64,000 nucleotides of DNA from Isosphaeraceae bacterium (GTDB taxonomy: Bacteria; Planctomycetota; Planctomycetia; Isosphaerales; Isosphaeraceae). Below the pieces are notes generated by a model that did no database searches, was not told where the DNA came from, and was given only the letters and a program-made list of their open reading frames with translations. Numbering within the stretch: the stretch's first letter is position 1; every line of letters begins with the position of its first letter. The translations under genes were made by a program, and so were the position numbers. The stretch covers positions 1 to 64,000 of the forward strand of contig CBDAVP010000008.1 in assembly GCA_965201075.1 (NCBI GenBank), given 5' to 3'. Below, piece after piece: positions 9,728-17,840 of the stretch.

Positions 9728-11379
9728 GGTGAGGGAACCCCGCGGGCGTCGTCGTGGTTCTCCAACCTCATGCCGGCCGGTCCTCGACCCACGGAGGGCT
9801 CTGTCAGGCGGCCAAAGGTGTGCAGCCGACCGCCGGCGCCAGGACCGGTTGGCTCGGCCTTGACCAGAACCTTGGGGATCACCGACAGGCCGGCCGACAG
9901 CGGCGTGTCGTCGGGGTTGGGCTCGTCCAATTCGATGCGGACCGGCAGTCGCTGGGTCACCTTGATATAATTGCCCGTGGCGTTCTCCGGAGGCAGGAGC
10001 GATTGCGATAACCCCGTCCCTGGGCTGAACCCCGCCACACGACCCTTGAAGACCTTGTCGGGATAGGCGTCGACGTGAATGTCCACCGGCATGCCGATCC
10101 GAATCCAGCGAATCTGCGTTTCCTTGAAGTTGGCGGCGATCCAGACATAAGTCGGCCGGATCGACAGCAAAGTCTGCCCCGTCTCGACGCGGTTGCCAGG
10201 GTGGACCGTGCGGTCCTGGACATAACCGTCGACCTCGGCGCGGATCTCGGTCCAACTGAGTTGGAGGCGAGCGTTCTCGACCTGACTCCGAGCCTTCACG
10301 ACCGCCGCCTGGGCAACGCGCACTCCCGGAGCGCTGGCGATCACCTGGTCGAGCCCCTCGCCGGCCGACTTGTCGCCGTCGGGCTTGAGGAAGTCGCCAA
10401 ACGCCTTGGCCTGGTCGGCATCCTTGGGATCGAAGCGAACCCCCACCTGCGCCAGCGACGACGCGATGCTGGAAACCGACGACTGGACCAACGATTCCTG
10501 GCTCTCCAGGTCGGGCGGAAGCTCCAGCGGTTTCTCGAAATTGGGCTCCAGACCCAGGGCCGATCGGGTCTCCTGAATCGCCTGCCAGGACGCTTGCACA
10601 CGCTCCTGCGCCGACTTCAGGGTGTTGTTGCGCTGGTCGAGCTCGGCCTGAGTGGCCGAGCCGCGCCGGACGAGGTTGTCGAGGCGTCGCTGGTCGAGTT
10701 CGGCCAGGTGCTCGGCCGACTGCGCCGCCTTGAGGTTGGCGTCCTGGGCCTTGAGGCTTGCCACTTGCTGACGCAACCGCTCCTGGGCATTCTTGCGCTG
10801 GTAGAAGCTGCCGCGGGCGTCAGCCAGTTGCGAGCGGACCATCGCCTGGGCCTGCTCAAGCTGCGCATTGACCTGTTCCAGTGACGCTTCGGCCTCGTCC
10901 AGCGCGATCTGGAACGGCTGGCGGTCGAGCCGGACCAGCACCTCACCGGCCCGGACCCGGTCGTTCTGGTCAACGAGGACCTCGGTCACGACGTCGGCGA
11001 TGCGGGGGCTGACGTTGGTCAGGTGCGCCGAAACAAAGGCGTCGTCGGTCGAAACCGTGTCCATCAACGACCGGACGAACGGATAGCCGAAGCGGATCGA
11101 CGCCCATACGACCAGGCCGAGCAATGCCAGCCCGACGATCCAGCGGGCCCAGTGGTGGTTGCGCTTGGGCGGTTCGGGGAAGGCGGGGTGGCTTTCGGCG
11201 GCGAGACGGGTGCCGCCGGGGTCGGCGACAATCTGGGCGTCGATCGGCCGACGGACCGGCTGGGTTTCCACTCCCTGGCGGACCTGGCCAAACGGTTGCC
11301 AACCCTCGGACATGGTCGCCGAGGTCGTGGTCGTCGAGGTCGCTCCGTCTAGCCCGTCGTCCCGCTCGTTCTCGGCCAT
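9724..11379 (-). CDS. HlyD/EmrA-family membrane fusion protein
   Basis: STDDAFV, ANFKETQI, LLPPENATGNYIKVTQRLPVRI. Confidence 0.9.
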   Translation of the reverse strand: MAENERDDGLDGATSTTTTSATMSEGWQPFGQVRQGVETQPVRRPIDAQIVADPGGTRLAAESHPAFPEPPKRNHHWARWIVGLALLGLVVWASIRFGYPFVRSLMDTVSTDDAFVSAHLTNVSPRIADVVTEVLVDQNDRVRAGEVLVRLDRQPFQIALDEAEASLEQVNAQLEQAQAMVRSQLADARGSFYQRKNAQERLRQQVASLKAQDANLKAAQSAEHLAELDQRRLDNLVRRGSATQAELDQRNNTLKSAQERVQASWQAIQETRSALGLEPNFEKPLELPPDLESQESLVQSSVSSIASSLAQVGVRFDPKDADQAKAFGDFLKPDGDKSAGEGLDQVIASAPGVRVAQAAVVKARSQVENARLQLSWTEIRAEVDGYVQDRTVHPGNRVETGQTLLSIRPTYVWIAANFKETQIRWIRIGMPVDIHVDAYPDKVFKGRVAGFSPGTGLSQSLLPPENATGNYIKVTQRLPVRIELDEPNPDDTPLSAGLSVIPKVLVKAEPTGPGAGGRLHTFGRLTEPSVGRGPAGMRLENHDDARGVPSP

Positions 11380-11443
11380 CGTTGACGTCCCCTCGCCGGC
11401 ACCGGTTCGGCTGTCGGGGCCATTGTAGGAGGGACGTCCAGGG

Positions 11444-12886
11444 TTACAGGCCGCCGATGGTCCTCCGCAGGCGGAAGGTCGCCAGCACCGCGTCGTAGTT
11501 CGAGTCAAAGAAGCTGTTAAAGCTCTGAATCCGGCGGTTCTCGGCGTCGAGAACCTCGGTATAGGTACTCAACCCCTGGTTGTAGCGGTCCTGAACGACC
11601 TTGTTGTTCTCTTCCGACTGGGTATACGCTTCCCGGGCCACGGGGATCGCCTCGCGAGCCTGCTGGAGGTCGAGCCAGCGGGTGCGGACCTCCAGCGCGA
11701 TGGTCTGGGCCTGGTCGGCCCGCTGCTTCAAGGTCGCCAGTTCCTGCTGCTTCAGCGCCGCGGCTCGTCGTCGAGACCCGCCCCCGTCGTACAGGGTCCA
11801 GTTCATCAGCAAGGCATTGGTGGCGAAGTTCTGATGCGTCAGGGTCTCGGAACCCAGCAAGAGATGCCCACCGGAGTAAAGGATCTGGGGCCGAATCCCC
11901 GCCTTGGCCGCCTCCGACAGCGACGCCAGCGACGCCGCCTGCTGGGCCAGACTCTCCAGCTCGGGCCGGGACCGCAACGCCTGGATGGTTAGGTCGCGGA
12001 CCTGGTCGTCGCTGAGGGCGGCGAACTCGGGGTTGCACCGCAGCGCGCCCCGTGTCAACTCTCGAAAGTCGGGCGATTCCTGCGTGGCCGTCAGATCGAC
12101 CAGGGAGACGTTGGCGTCCAGGGGGCGGCACAAGTAGCGGTTATAGGTCGCCCACGCCTCGGCCAGCGAAGTCCGCGCCCGAATCTCTCCCAGACGTGCA
12201 TTCGAGAGCGAAACGCTCGCGGCAAGCTGGTCATTGCGGGTCGCCAACTGCTGGTCCAACCGGTTGCGCACGTCGCGATCGAACGACGAGAGCCGCTCGA
12301 CATTACTGCGGGCCACATCCAACGACCGACCGGATCGCAACACGCCAACGTAGGCCTGGGCCACCGTCAGTCGCAGGTCCATGACCACGCGAACTTCCTC
12401 GGCCCTCTGCGAGTTGACCAGATGGTCGGCCGACTCGACCCCTCGCTTCAGCAGCCCACCAGTGTACAGCGGGACCTGCACCGCCGTGTAAGCGATCGGC
12501 AGGTTGTGCTGGTTCTGGCCGGTCAGGAACGAGCCGTTATTATTGCTCGAGCCGCCAGCCCCATTCGCCCCGCTGGTATTCCCGGGACTGCCGGTGCCAT
12601 TGGTTCCGGGCAGCACGGTAATGGCGGGATTGATGGTCGCGTCGATGATCGTTGTATTAATGCGCGGCAATCGCGCCGACCGCGCCGAACCGGCGAGAAA
12701 GCCAGCGGCGGCCGATTGGTGCTGCTGAGCCTGAAGTCCCTGATTCACCGCCTGGGAAATCGTCCAGGCCTGGTCCAGATCCTCGGCCGAAACCATCCGA
12801 CCCAACAGCGACGTCATGGTCAGGGTAAATCCCGCGAGACGGGTTCCGCGTCCGAGCTTGGCCATCCTGAGCGCTCCGGCATCCAT
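11444..12886 (-). CDS. TolC-family outer membrane efflux protein
   Basis: VPLYTGG, WTLYDGG, RYNQGLSTYTEVLDAE; upstream of the EmrA/EmrB-like pair; start uncertain. Confidence 0.85.
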   Translation of the reverse strand: MDAGALRMAKLGRGTRLAGFTLTMTSLLGRMVSAEDLDQAWTISQAVNQGLQAQQHQSAAAGFLAGSARSARLPRINTTIIDATINPAITVLPGTNGTGSPGNTSGANGAGGSSNNNGSFLTGQNQHNLPIAYTAVQVPLYTGGLLKRGVESADHLVNSQRAEEVRVVMDLRLTVAQAYVGVLRSGRSLDVARSNVERLSSFDRDVRNRLDQQLATRNDQLAASVSLSNARLGEIRARTSLAEAWATYNRYLCRPLDANVSLVDLTATQESPDFRELTRGALRCNPEFAALSDDQVRDLTIQALRSRPELESLAQQAASLASLSEAAKAGIRPQILYSGGHLLLGSETLTHQNFATNALLMNWTLYDGGGSRRRAAALKQQELATLKQRADQAQTIALEVRTRWLDLQQAREAIPVAREAYTQSEENNKVVQDRYNQGLSTYTEVLDAENRRIQSFNSFFDSNYDAVLATFRLRRTIGGL

Positions 12887-13056
12887 GCCAGGGACGCGGC
12901 AAACCGGCCGGTCCCCGGCGGTCCGCGAACCCTCTCGGGCGGTCCTGAGTCATCCACTCTCGTTTTCGACCACAAGGCAACCGGTCATCGCCCCGATCAT
13001 TGCGCCGGGTTAACGAACATGCGGACTGAGGCGGTCGCGACGGTCATTCGGGACGA

Positions 13057-13896
13057 TCAGACCGGGACGGAGCGAGTTCCTCGACAGCCGAAGATCGGGC
13101 AGCCGCCCAGGTAGTCCCAGCAATCCCGGTGCGACGGCGAGCCGCACGCCGCGCAGACGACGTGCGGTCCATCCGCGTCGATCCCCTCGCCGCAAACCTT
13201 GCACGTCGAGGGAGTCGCTCCCGGCCCCGTGGTGAGGGCACCGACCTCCTCGATGGTGATCCCCTCCCCCATACGGGCGTCGACCCGCTCTCGGAGGGCG
13301 TCGAGCAGGCCGAGGGCTTCGTGGACGGCCAGGTCGAGTCCCCCGACTACGGGGTCGAGGTCTCGGTCGACCTGGACGAGAAACCGCTCAGGACTGACCG
13401 AGATGAGCATCCCCGCGGGCGGGGCGAGCCAACGTAGCCGCTCCAGGCTGGGGCGGAACTCCGGGCAGCCCAGCAGTTCGGCGGCGAGGCCCGGGTCGTT
13501 GGAGCGGGCGAGGTAGACGCGGTCGAACTCAGGGACGCCCAGCCGGATCTGCCGGGTCCCCCGGGGTTCCTGCGGAGGCCCCGGTCGCAAGCGGGGGCTA
13601 ATCTCCAACCTCAACGGCTGGCCAGGCCCGAACCTCGCCACGATCCGAGTTTTGGGGCCGCTGGGCTGGCCGGGGATCGAAGGCGCCAGGCCGACGCGGA
13701 TCGCCACGCCTCGGTGGTGGAAGCTGACGGTGGGCGGTTCGGACATCCCCCGAGATTCGTACTGGCCGTCGAGCCGACGGGCCAGTAGCCGGTAGGCCCG
13801 GAACCGCGCCGCGAAGGCCGCTCGAAAGCCCTTCGCCACCAGTCTGACAACGATGTAGGTGACCAGGACGAGGACCGCGACCCTGAACAAACCCAT
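13057..13896 (-). CDS. Membrane-anchored protein with C-terminal prokaryotic RING finger (Prok-RING_1-like)
   Basis: N-terminal TM (LFRVAVLVLVTYIVVRLV); C-terminus CKVC...CAAC-x4-H-x2-CW...GCPIFGC. Confidence 0.8.
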   Translation of the reverse strand: MGLFRVAVLVLVTYIVVRLVAKGFRAAFAARFRAYRLLARRLDGQYESRGMSEPPTVSFHHRGVAIRVGLAPSIPGQPSGPKTRIVARFGPGQPLRLEISPRLRPGPPQEPRGTRQIRLGVPEFDRVYLARSNDPGLAAELLGCPEFRPSLERLRWLAPPAGMLISVSPERFLVQVDRDLDPVVGGLDLAVHEALGLLDALRERVDARMGEGITIEEVGALTTGPGATPSTCKVCGEGIDADGPHVVCAACGSPSHRDCWDYLGGCPIFGCRGTRSVPV

Positions 13897-14026
13897 CGCC
13901 GGCCGCTCCCGGACCGGGCCAAGGCCTCGGCCTCTCGTCGAGAGGCCCTTGGCGGCCCATCGGCAATATGATACCAATCGGCGAGGCGTCGCGAGGCGGG
14001 CGAGCGGGCGGGACGGGGAGCCGGGC

Positions 14027-14956
14027 TTGACCGCGGATCTGGTCGGAAAATTCGGCTACCTCGGGATCGTCCTGCTGCTGGTCCTGGGTGGCCTCGGCCT
14101 GCCGGTCCCCGAAGAGGCCCCGGTCATCCTGGCGGCCATCCTCTCCCGTCGAGGGGTGATGTGGTGGCCCTACGCCCTCTCGGCCTGCCTGGCCGGCGTC
14201 CTCTTGGGCGATTTCGTCGTCTACTTTCTGGGCTATTTCTACGGCGAAAAGGTCCTGGCCCTGCCCCTGGCCCGCAAGTTTTTGACCCCCGAGCGCGAGG
14301 AGCAGTTCAAAGGGTACTTCCACCGCCACGGCGTGAAGATTTTGATTCTCGGCCGCTTCGCCGTCGGGTTTCGCACCGCCGCGTATCTGACCGCCGGCAT
14401 CCTCCGCCTGCCAGCCCTGAAGCTGTTGGTGACGGACCTTTTCGCCGTCGCCCTGAGTACCTTCCTGATGTTCGGCGGCGGCTACTGGTTCGCCAACTGG
14501 ATCGAGCGGGGCGTCCGCGAGGTCCAGCATTACTTCGTGGTGATTTTGGTGGCGGCGGTCGCCTCGTGGATGCTCTACCGTTACATCCGCGGACGACGAC
14601 GCGCCGGGAAGCGAGTCGGGCCGCCGCTGTTGGTCCCGGGCGCCCCCCTGCCCTTGCCTCCCGACGACCTGCGCGTGAGCCCTCCTCTGTCGGCATCGCC
14701 TTCTGACGGTTCAACGACCACTCAAGCCAATCTCGGCGAGGATCAAAGCCACGACGACCCCGGACACCAACAAGCAATCGCGGCGGTCGACCCGCCCTTG
14801 CCGCCCGCCCAGGCCGAAGTGCCGCCCCTGGCCGTGCCAGAGCCTCAGCCCCGCCGGCACGGCGATCAGCCCGAACCCGACGAGGGCCCACCGAGGCGTC
14901 CCATACCGGAGCAGGTCGCCCGCGTCACCGTCCCCGTCGAACGCCCCGACGCCTAA
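14027..14956 (+). CDS. DedA-family membrane protein with Pro-rich tail
   Basis: LGLPVPEE, GDFVVYFLG, GRFAVGFR; TTG start inferred; the tail overlaps the convergent gene. Confidence 0.8.
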   Translation: MTADLVGKFGYLGIVLLLVLGGLGLPVPEEAPVILAAILSRRGVMWWPYALSACLAGVLLGDFVVYFLGYFYGEKVLALPLARKFLTPEREEQFKGYFHRHGVKILILGRFAVGFRTAAYLTAGILRLPALKLLVTDLFAVALSTFLMFGGGYWFANWIERGVREVQHYFVVILVAAVASWMLYRYIRGRRRAGKRVGPPLLVPGAPLPLPPDDLRVSPPLSASPSDGSTTTQANLGEDQSHDDPGHQQAIAAVDPPLPPAQAEVPPLAVPEPQPRRHGDQPEPDEGPPRRPIPEQVARVTVPVERPDA

Positions 14957-15280
14957 ATACGCTCCGTTAGCGACCAGACAGAACCCGGCGAAGAATCTCC
15001 AAAGGTAGGCGCGGGTGGCCGAGGCCCGAAGGCTCGCCAGCCCCCAGGCAACCCCCGGCAAAAGAACCCCGCCGACCGCCCCGCCCCAGACAACCAGCAA
15101 CGGGTGGCGGTCGTGGGTGACGTCGGTCCGCGAGATCGACAAAGGATGCAGGACGACCTGCTCAACCCGCTCGCCCGCCCCCCACGCCGCGAGGACGTGG
15201 CCGCTTTCGTGGACCGCTTGCATCCCCAACCAGCAGCCGAGCAGAGTGGTGGCGATCAGTACGGCCTGGAAGGCTCGCAT
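14711..15280 (-). CDS. M50-like intramembrane metallopeptidase
   Basis: HESGH motif in a TM segment; DGDAGD; multiple TM helices. Confidence 0.7.
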   Translation of the reverse strand: MRAFQAVLIATTLLGCWLGMQAVHESGHVLAAWGAGERVEQVVLHPLSISRTDVTHDRHPLLVVWGGAVGGVLLPGVAWGLASLRASATRAYLWRFFAGFCLVANGAYLGVGAFDGDGDAGDLLRYGTPRWALVGFGLIAVPAGLRLWHGQGRHFGLGGRQGRVDRRDCLLVSGVVVALILAEIGLSGR

Positions 15281-15355
15281 CCTCGCCTCGCACCCGGATC
15301 GGCCAATTCTCCCGTCGCGGTCCTCGCGGCCCGCGACGAGAGCAGAGGTTGGAGT

Positions 15356-16993
15356 TCAGGCCCCCAGCCAGGAGGGCATGGCGCCGGCCTCGGGCAGCTT
15401 GATGAGGCTGAAGCTGGAGATGTCCTTGTGGTCGCCAATCTCCTTGAGCGCCGCCTCGGGAGGGGCGGCGTCGAGGTTGACCACGCCGATCGCCTCGCCT
15501 CCGGGGTGGTCTCGGCCGACGTTCATCCCCGAGATGTTGACCCCGTGTCGCCCGAAGGTCGTGCCAATGAAGCCGATCAGCCCCGGGACGTCCTTGTGGG
15601 TGAACACGAACAGGATTCCGTCGAGGTGGGCGTCCATCCGGTAAGGGCCAAGCTTCACCAGCCGCAACGACTTCTTGCCGAAGAGCGCCCCGGCGGCCAG
15701 GTACGTCTTACGTTCGGTCGTAACTTCGGCCTGGATCAGGGAACCGAAGTCGCCCGGGTCGGTCGACTTCTCCTCGACGATCGCGACGCCCCGGCTACGG
15801 ACCAGGGATTCGGCGTTGACGAGGTTGACCTGTTCGACGGTGGCCGCCTCCAGCCAGCCGGCCGCGAAGCTGGCCGTGATGAGCTTGGTGTTCTTGGCGG
15901 CAACCTCGCCCCGGTAGCGCAAGGTCACTTCCTTGGCGGGGTTGCGGTCCATCTGGGCGTGCAGCATCCCCAGCCGACGGCTCAGGTCGAGATAGTGCCG
16001 CAGGTCATCCAACTCGGCGCGGTCGAGGGTCGCCATGTTGACGGCGAACCGGACCTGACCGCTGCGGAAGAAGCTGATGAGAAGATTCGCGGCCTCGACG
16101 GCAACGTTGATCTGGGCCTCCTCGGTCGAGGCGGCAAGGTGGGGCGTCACCAGAACCTTCGGGTGAGGCACCAGGACATTGTCGGGCTTGGGAGGCTCCG
16201 GGTCGAAGACGTCGACCGCCGCGCCGGCGACCTGCCCCGAGTCCAACGCCGCGACCAACGCCGGTTCGTCGATCAAACCACCGCGAGCGCAGTTGATCAG
16301 CCGCACGCCCTTCTTCATCGCCGCCAACTCCTTGGCCCCAATGAGGTTGCGAGTCTCAGCCGAGAGCGGGGTGTGCAGAGTGATGTAGTCGCAACGGCCC
16401 CAAAGGTCATCGAGAGTGGCGACTGCCTCGATCCCCAATTCCGCGGCCTTCTCGGGGGCCAGGAACGGGTCGTAGCCGACGACGCTCATGTCGAACCCCT
16501 GCGACCGGCGGGCGACCGCCAGGCCGACGCGACCCAAACCGACCACGCCGAGGGTCTTCCCCTCCAACTGGGTGCCGGTGTACTTGTTGCGGTCCCAGCG
16601 CCCTTCCTTCAGGCTGGCGTACGCCTGGGGGACATTCCGCGAGAGGGCCAGCATCAGGGCCATCGTGTGTTCGGCGGTGGAGATCGTGTTGCCGCCGGGG
16701 GTGTTCATGACGACGATCCCCTGGCGGGTCGCCGTGGGGACATCGATGTTGTCGACGCCGGCACCGGCGCGAGCGATCGCCTTGAGGCGGGGCTGGTCCT
16801 TGAGGATCTCGGCCGTCAACTTCGTGCCCGAGCGGATGACGATGCCGTCAGCCTCGGCCAAAGCCGCCTTCAAGGCCGCAGGGTCCTTCGCCAGCTTGGT
16901 GTCGACGATGACTTCCAGGCCGGGGGCGGCTTTCAAGAGGCTCAGGCCCTCCTCGGCCAGGGTGTCCGTCACAAGAACGCGATTCTGAGACAC
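15356..16993 (-). CDS. serA: D-3-phosphoglycerate dehydrogenase
   Basis: RAGAGVDNID, GLGRVG, NCARGG, TPHLAASTEEAQ, C-terminal ACT domain; GTG start after a GAAGGGAG RBS. Confidence 0.95.
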   Translation of the reverse strand: MSQNRVLVTDTLAEEGLSLLKAAPGLEVIVDTKLAKDPAALKAALAEADGIVIRSGTKLTAEILKDQPRLKAIARAGAGVDNIDVPTATRQGIVVMNTPGGNTISTAEHTMALMLALSRNVPQAYASLKEGRWDRNKYTGTQLEGKTLGVVGLGRVGLAVARRSQGFDMSVVGYDPFLAPEKAAELGIEAVATLDDLWGRCDYITLHTPLSAETRNLIGAKELAAMKKGVRLINCARGGLIDEPALVAALDSGQVAGAAVDVFDPEPPKPDNVLVPHPKVLVTPHLAASTEEAQINVAVEAANLLISFFRSGQVRFAVNMATLDRAELDDLRHYLDLSRRLGMLHAQMDRNPAKEVTLRYRGEVAAKNTKLITASFAAGWLEAATVEQVNLVNAESLVRSRGVAIVEEKSTDPGDFGSLIQAEVTTERKTYLAAGALFGKKSLRLVKLGPYRMDAHLDGILFVFTHKDVPGLIGFIGTTFGRHGVNISGMNVGRDHPGGEAIGVVNLDAAPPEAALKEIGDHKDISSFSLIKLPEAGAMPSWLGA

Positions 16994-17042
16994 GTCTGAG
17001 GCTCCCTTCGTCTGGCATGGCTTGCGGTGGACCCTCGGCGGG

Positions 17043-17435
17043 CTCTCGGGGACACTTCCCGGGCCTCGGCGCGTGGATCGGCGGGCGAACGCGACGAAAT
17101 CGGCTCGCCCGATCGCCCGGCGAGCCGCATCAAGTCCGCCCCCAGCTGGGTCGGATCGGCGGATTGTAGCAAATTCCCGACGTGAAGGGGGCGGATGCCC
17201 AGAATCCCACCGTAAGGGCGACGGCCCGGTCCCACCGTCAATCACAAGGTCCCGAGGTCACCGGCGATGGATTCACCGGAACCTACGACATGAGGTCGAG
17301 TTTTGCCTACGGAGAGACGGGAATCAGGCCACAAGTCTCGTCGGAGTAGGCGATCGCGTGGGCTGGGGGCGATCCCCCAACCTTCCTTGGGACCGGCATG
17401 AAGAATCGATCACGGACTACAAGGATCGTACGAGA
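17043..17435. repeat. Diverged direct repeat, copy A (copy B ~19863-20240)
   Basis: Core 17066-17154 matches 19884-19972 at 81/89 nt; weaker similarity continues to ~17432/20239. Confidence 0.85.
17265..17435 (-). pseudogene. Decayed 3' fragment paralogous to the 20051-20536 gene
   Basis: RTILVVRDRFFMPVPRKVGGSPPAHAIAYSDETCGLIPVSP*AKLDLMS*VPV versus RTILAVCDRPFTYVPRLDRRSPPAHAVAYSDGSCGLISVAEYSTLDLGSYIPV. Confidence 0.8.
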
Positions 17436-17740
17436 ACCATGCCGGAGTCGACGCGTCCTTCGACCTCCGACCGCCTCAGCCAGTCCTCGGCGTTCCCGTC
17501 CAAACGCAGGGCCTCATTGAACTCGGTGTGATCGGAGACAAGGAAGAGTCGCTCTCCGGCGTCGAGGCGTGGAAGGTGCGCCGAGCCGTCCTCCATCAGC
17601 GGGAACGGCTCGCCGAACCGGTTGGCGAACCAGACCTGGACCCGGGGCGGGATCAGCCACGACCATTCCGACCGGCCGGTCCCCCAACCGCAGGCATCGG
17701 GTTGCAACAGGTAATTTTTGAGTGAAATGGAGTGCTCATG
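17417..17740 (-). pseudogene. Truncated DUF1851/Tdi1-like immunity protein
   Basis: SISLKNYLL..W...WSWLIPP..WFANRFGE..EDGS..NAEDWL resembles the N-terminal part of that family; ATG out of frame; C-terminus missing. Confidence 0.45.
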
Positions 17741-17840
17741 TCCTGGGGAGAGACCCCACGCGGGCAATCGTAGTTCGGCGCTGACGGGGGGACTTAGGAG
17801 AGCCGACGGGAAGTCAGGTCACGCTCGTTGACCGGAGGGC

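Noticed and set aside
7991..9970. Long antisense ORFs (also 15104-16999, 21663-22937, 45711-47474, 53446-55461)
   Set aside because: Shadow frames of real genes, expected at high GC; no recognisable motifs.
16994..17160. Known riboswitch (glycine, ZTP, THF, SAM) ahead of serA
   Set aside because: I could not find the consensus cores by eye; kept only as an unclassified conserved element.
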